From NCBI GenBank assembly GCA_051294905.1, contig CM119372.1:30754001-30818000 (forward strand): a stretch of DNA of 64,000 nt. Reading direction: 5' to 3'. The position numbers and the translations under genes are program-made. Of this stretch, positions 63,526-64,000 are shown in pieces (within the stretch, counting starts at the first letter, position 1; every line of letters starts with the position of its first letter). The notes under the pieces were generated by a model, which worked only from the letters and a program-made list of their open reading frames with translations, was not told where the DNA came from and did not search any database. Source of the stretch: Botryllus schlosseri. Lineage: Eukaryota.

Positions 63526-64000
63526 TAGGGCTGTTCAAAAATAACTTTTTTTCCTGAATCTTGTGGGTTACTTGATTAAATCATTAGGTTGCCTTAAAAA
63601 ATGACGCACACCAAATTCGAATTCATTACAACCAATATTCGCGGATTTCGTAGAGTTTGAAAATTTTGAATTTGCCTAAAAATGCAAAAAAATTTTTTTT
63701 TTCAATTTTCCTTCCAACCTTATGAAATTGTTGCGCTGTCTTCAAAAACGATGCACAACAAATTTGACTCAATTCCAAGCTGCAGAAGCCGAGTTATACA
63801 AGTTTTTTGATGATAATTCTGGGATGATCCATCAATCAAGGATAATCCCAGAATTATGATAGAAAAACTGGAATAACTCCACTTCTACGGCTTCGAATTG
63901 AGTCAAATTTGTTTTGCATCGTTTTTGAAGACAGCGCAACAATTTCATGGGGTTGGCAGAAAAATTTGAAAAATTTTTTTTTTGCATTTTTAGGCAAATT
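63526..64000. mobile_element. Foldback MITE (TAGGG end), right arm truncated by the window edge
   Basis: Symmetry centre ~63833 (ataattctgggatgatcc atcaatcaa ggataatcccagaattat); 63666-63828 mirrors 63840-64000. Motifs resemble the 36671 element. Confidence 0.85.

Overview
This is AT-rich, repeat-dense genomic DNA from an animal. It looks invertebrate, possibly a tunicate-like deuterostome, but that is an inference. The only well-supported host gene is a + strand Frizzled receptor of the FZD4 type. Eight coding exons (46506-63189) splice in frame and cover the signal peptide, CRD, linker and TM1-TM6; TM7 and the C-tail lie beyond the window. The rest is mostly transposon material. It includes ten hAT-type elements with exact 8-bp target-site duplications (TSDs), several of them nested, and a decayed Academ transposon with long terminal inverted repeats (TIRs). 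There are also a TTAA-flanked Kolobok-like foldback, pogo/Tc1-like MITEs, a tRNA-derived SINE family (4 copies) and a duplicated ~620-bp unit ending in (ACT)3 that resembles a Polinton/Maverick terminus. The most notable feature is a family of short Penelope-like retroelement derivatives carrying a minimal hammerhead ribozyme motif (7 motif copies at 5 loci). Two loci are complete inverted (foldback) insertions bounded by 11-bp TSDs. All calls were made by eye; no database search was run.
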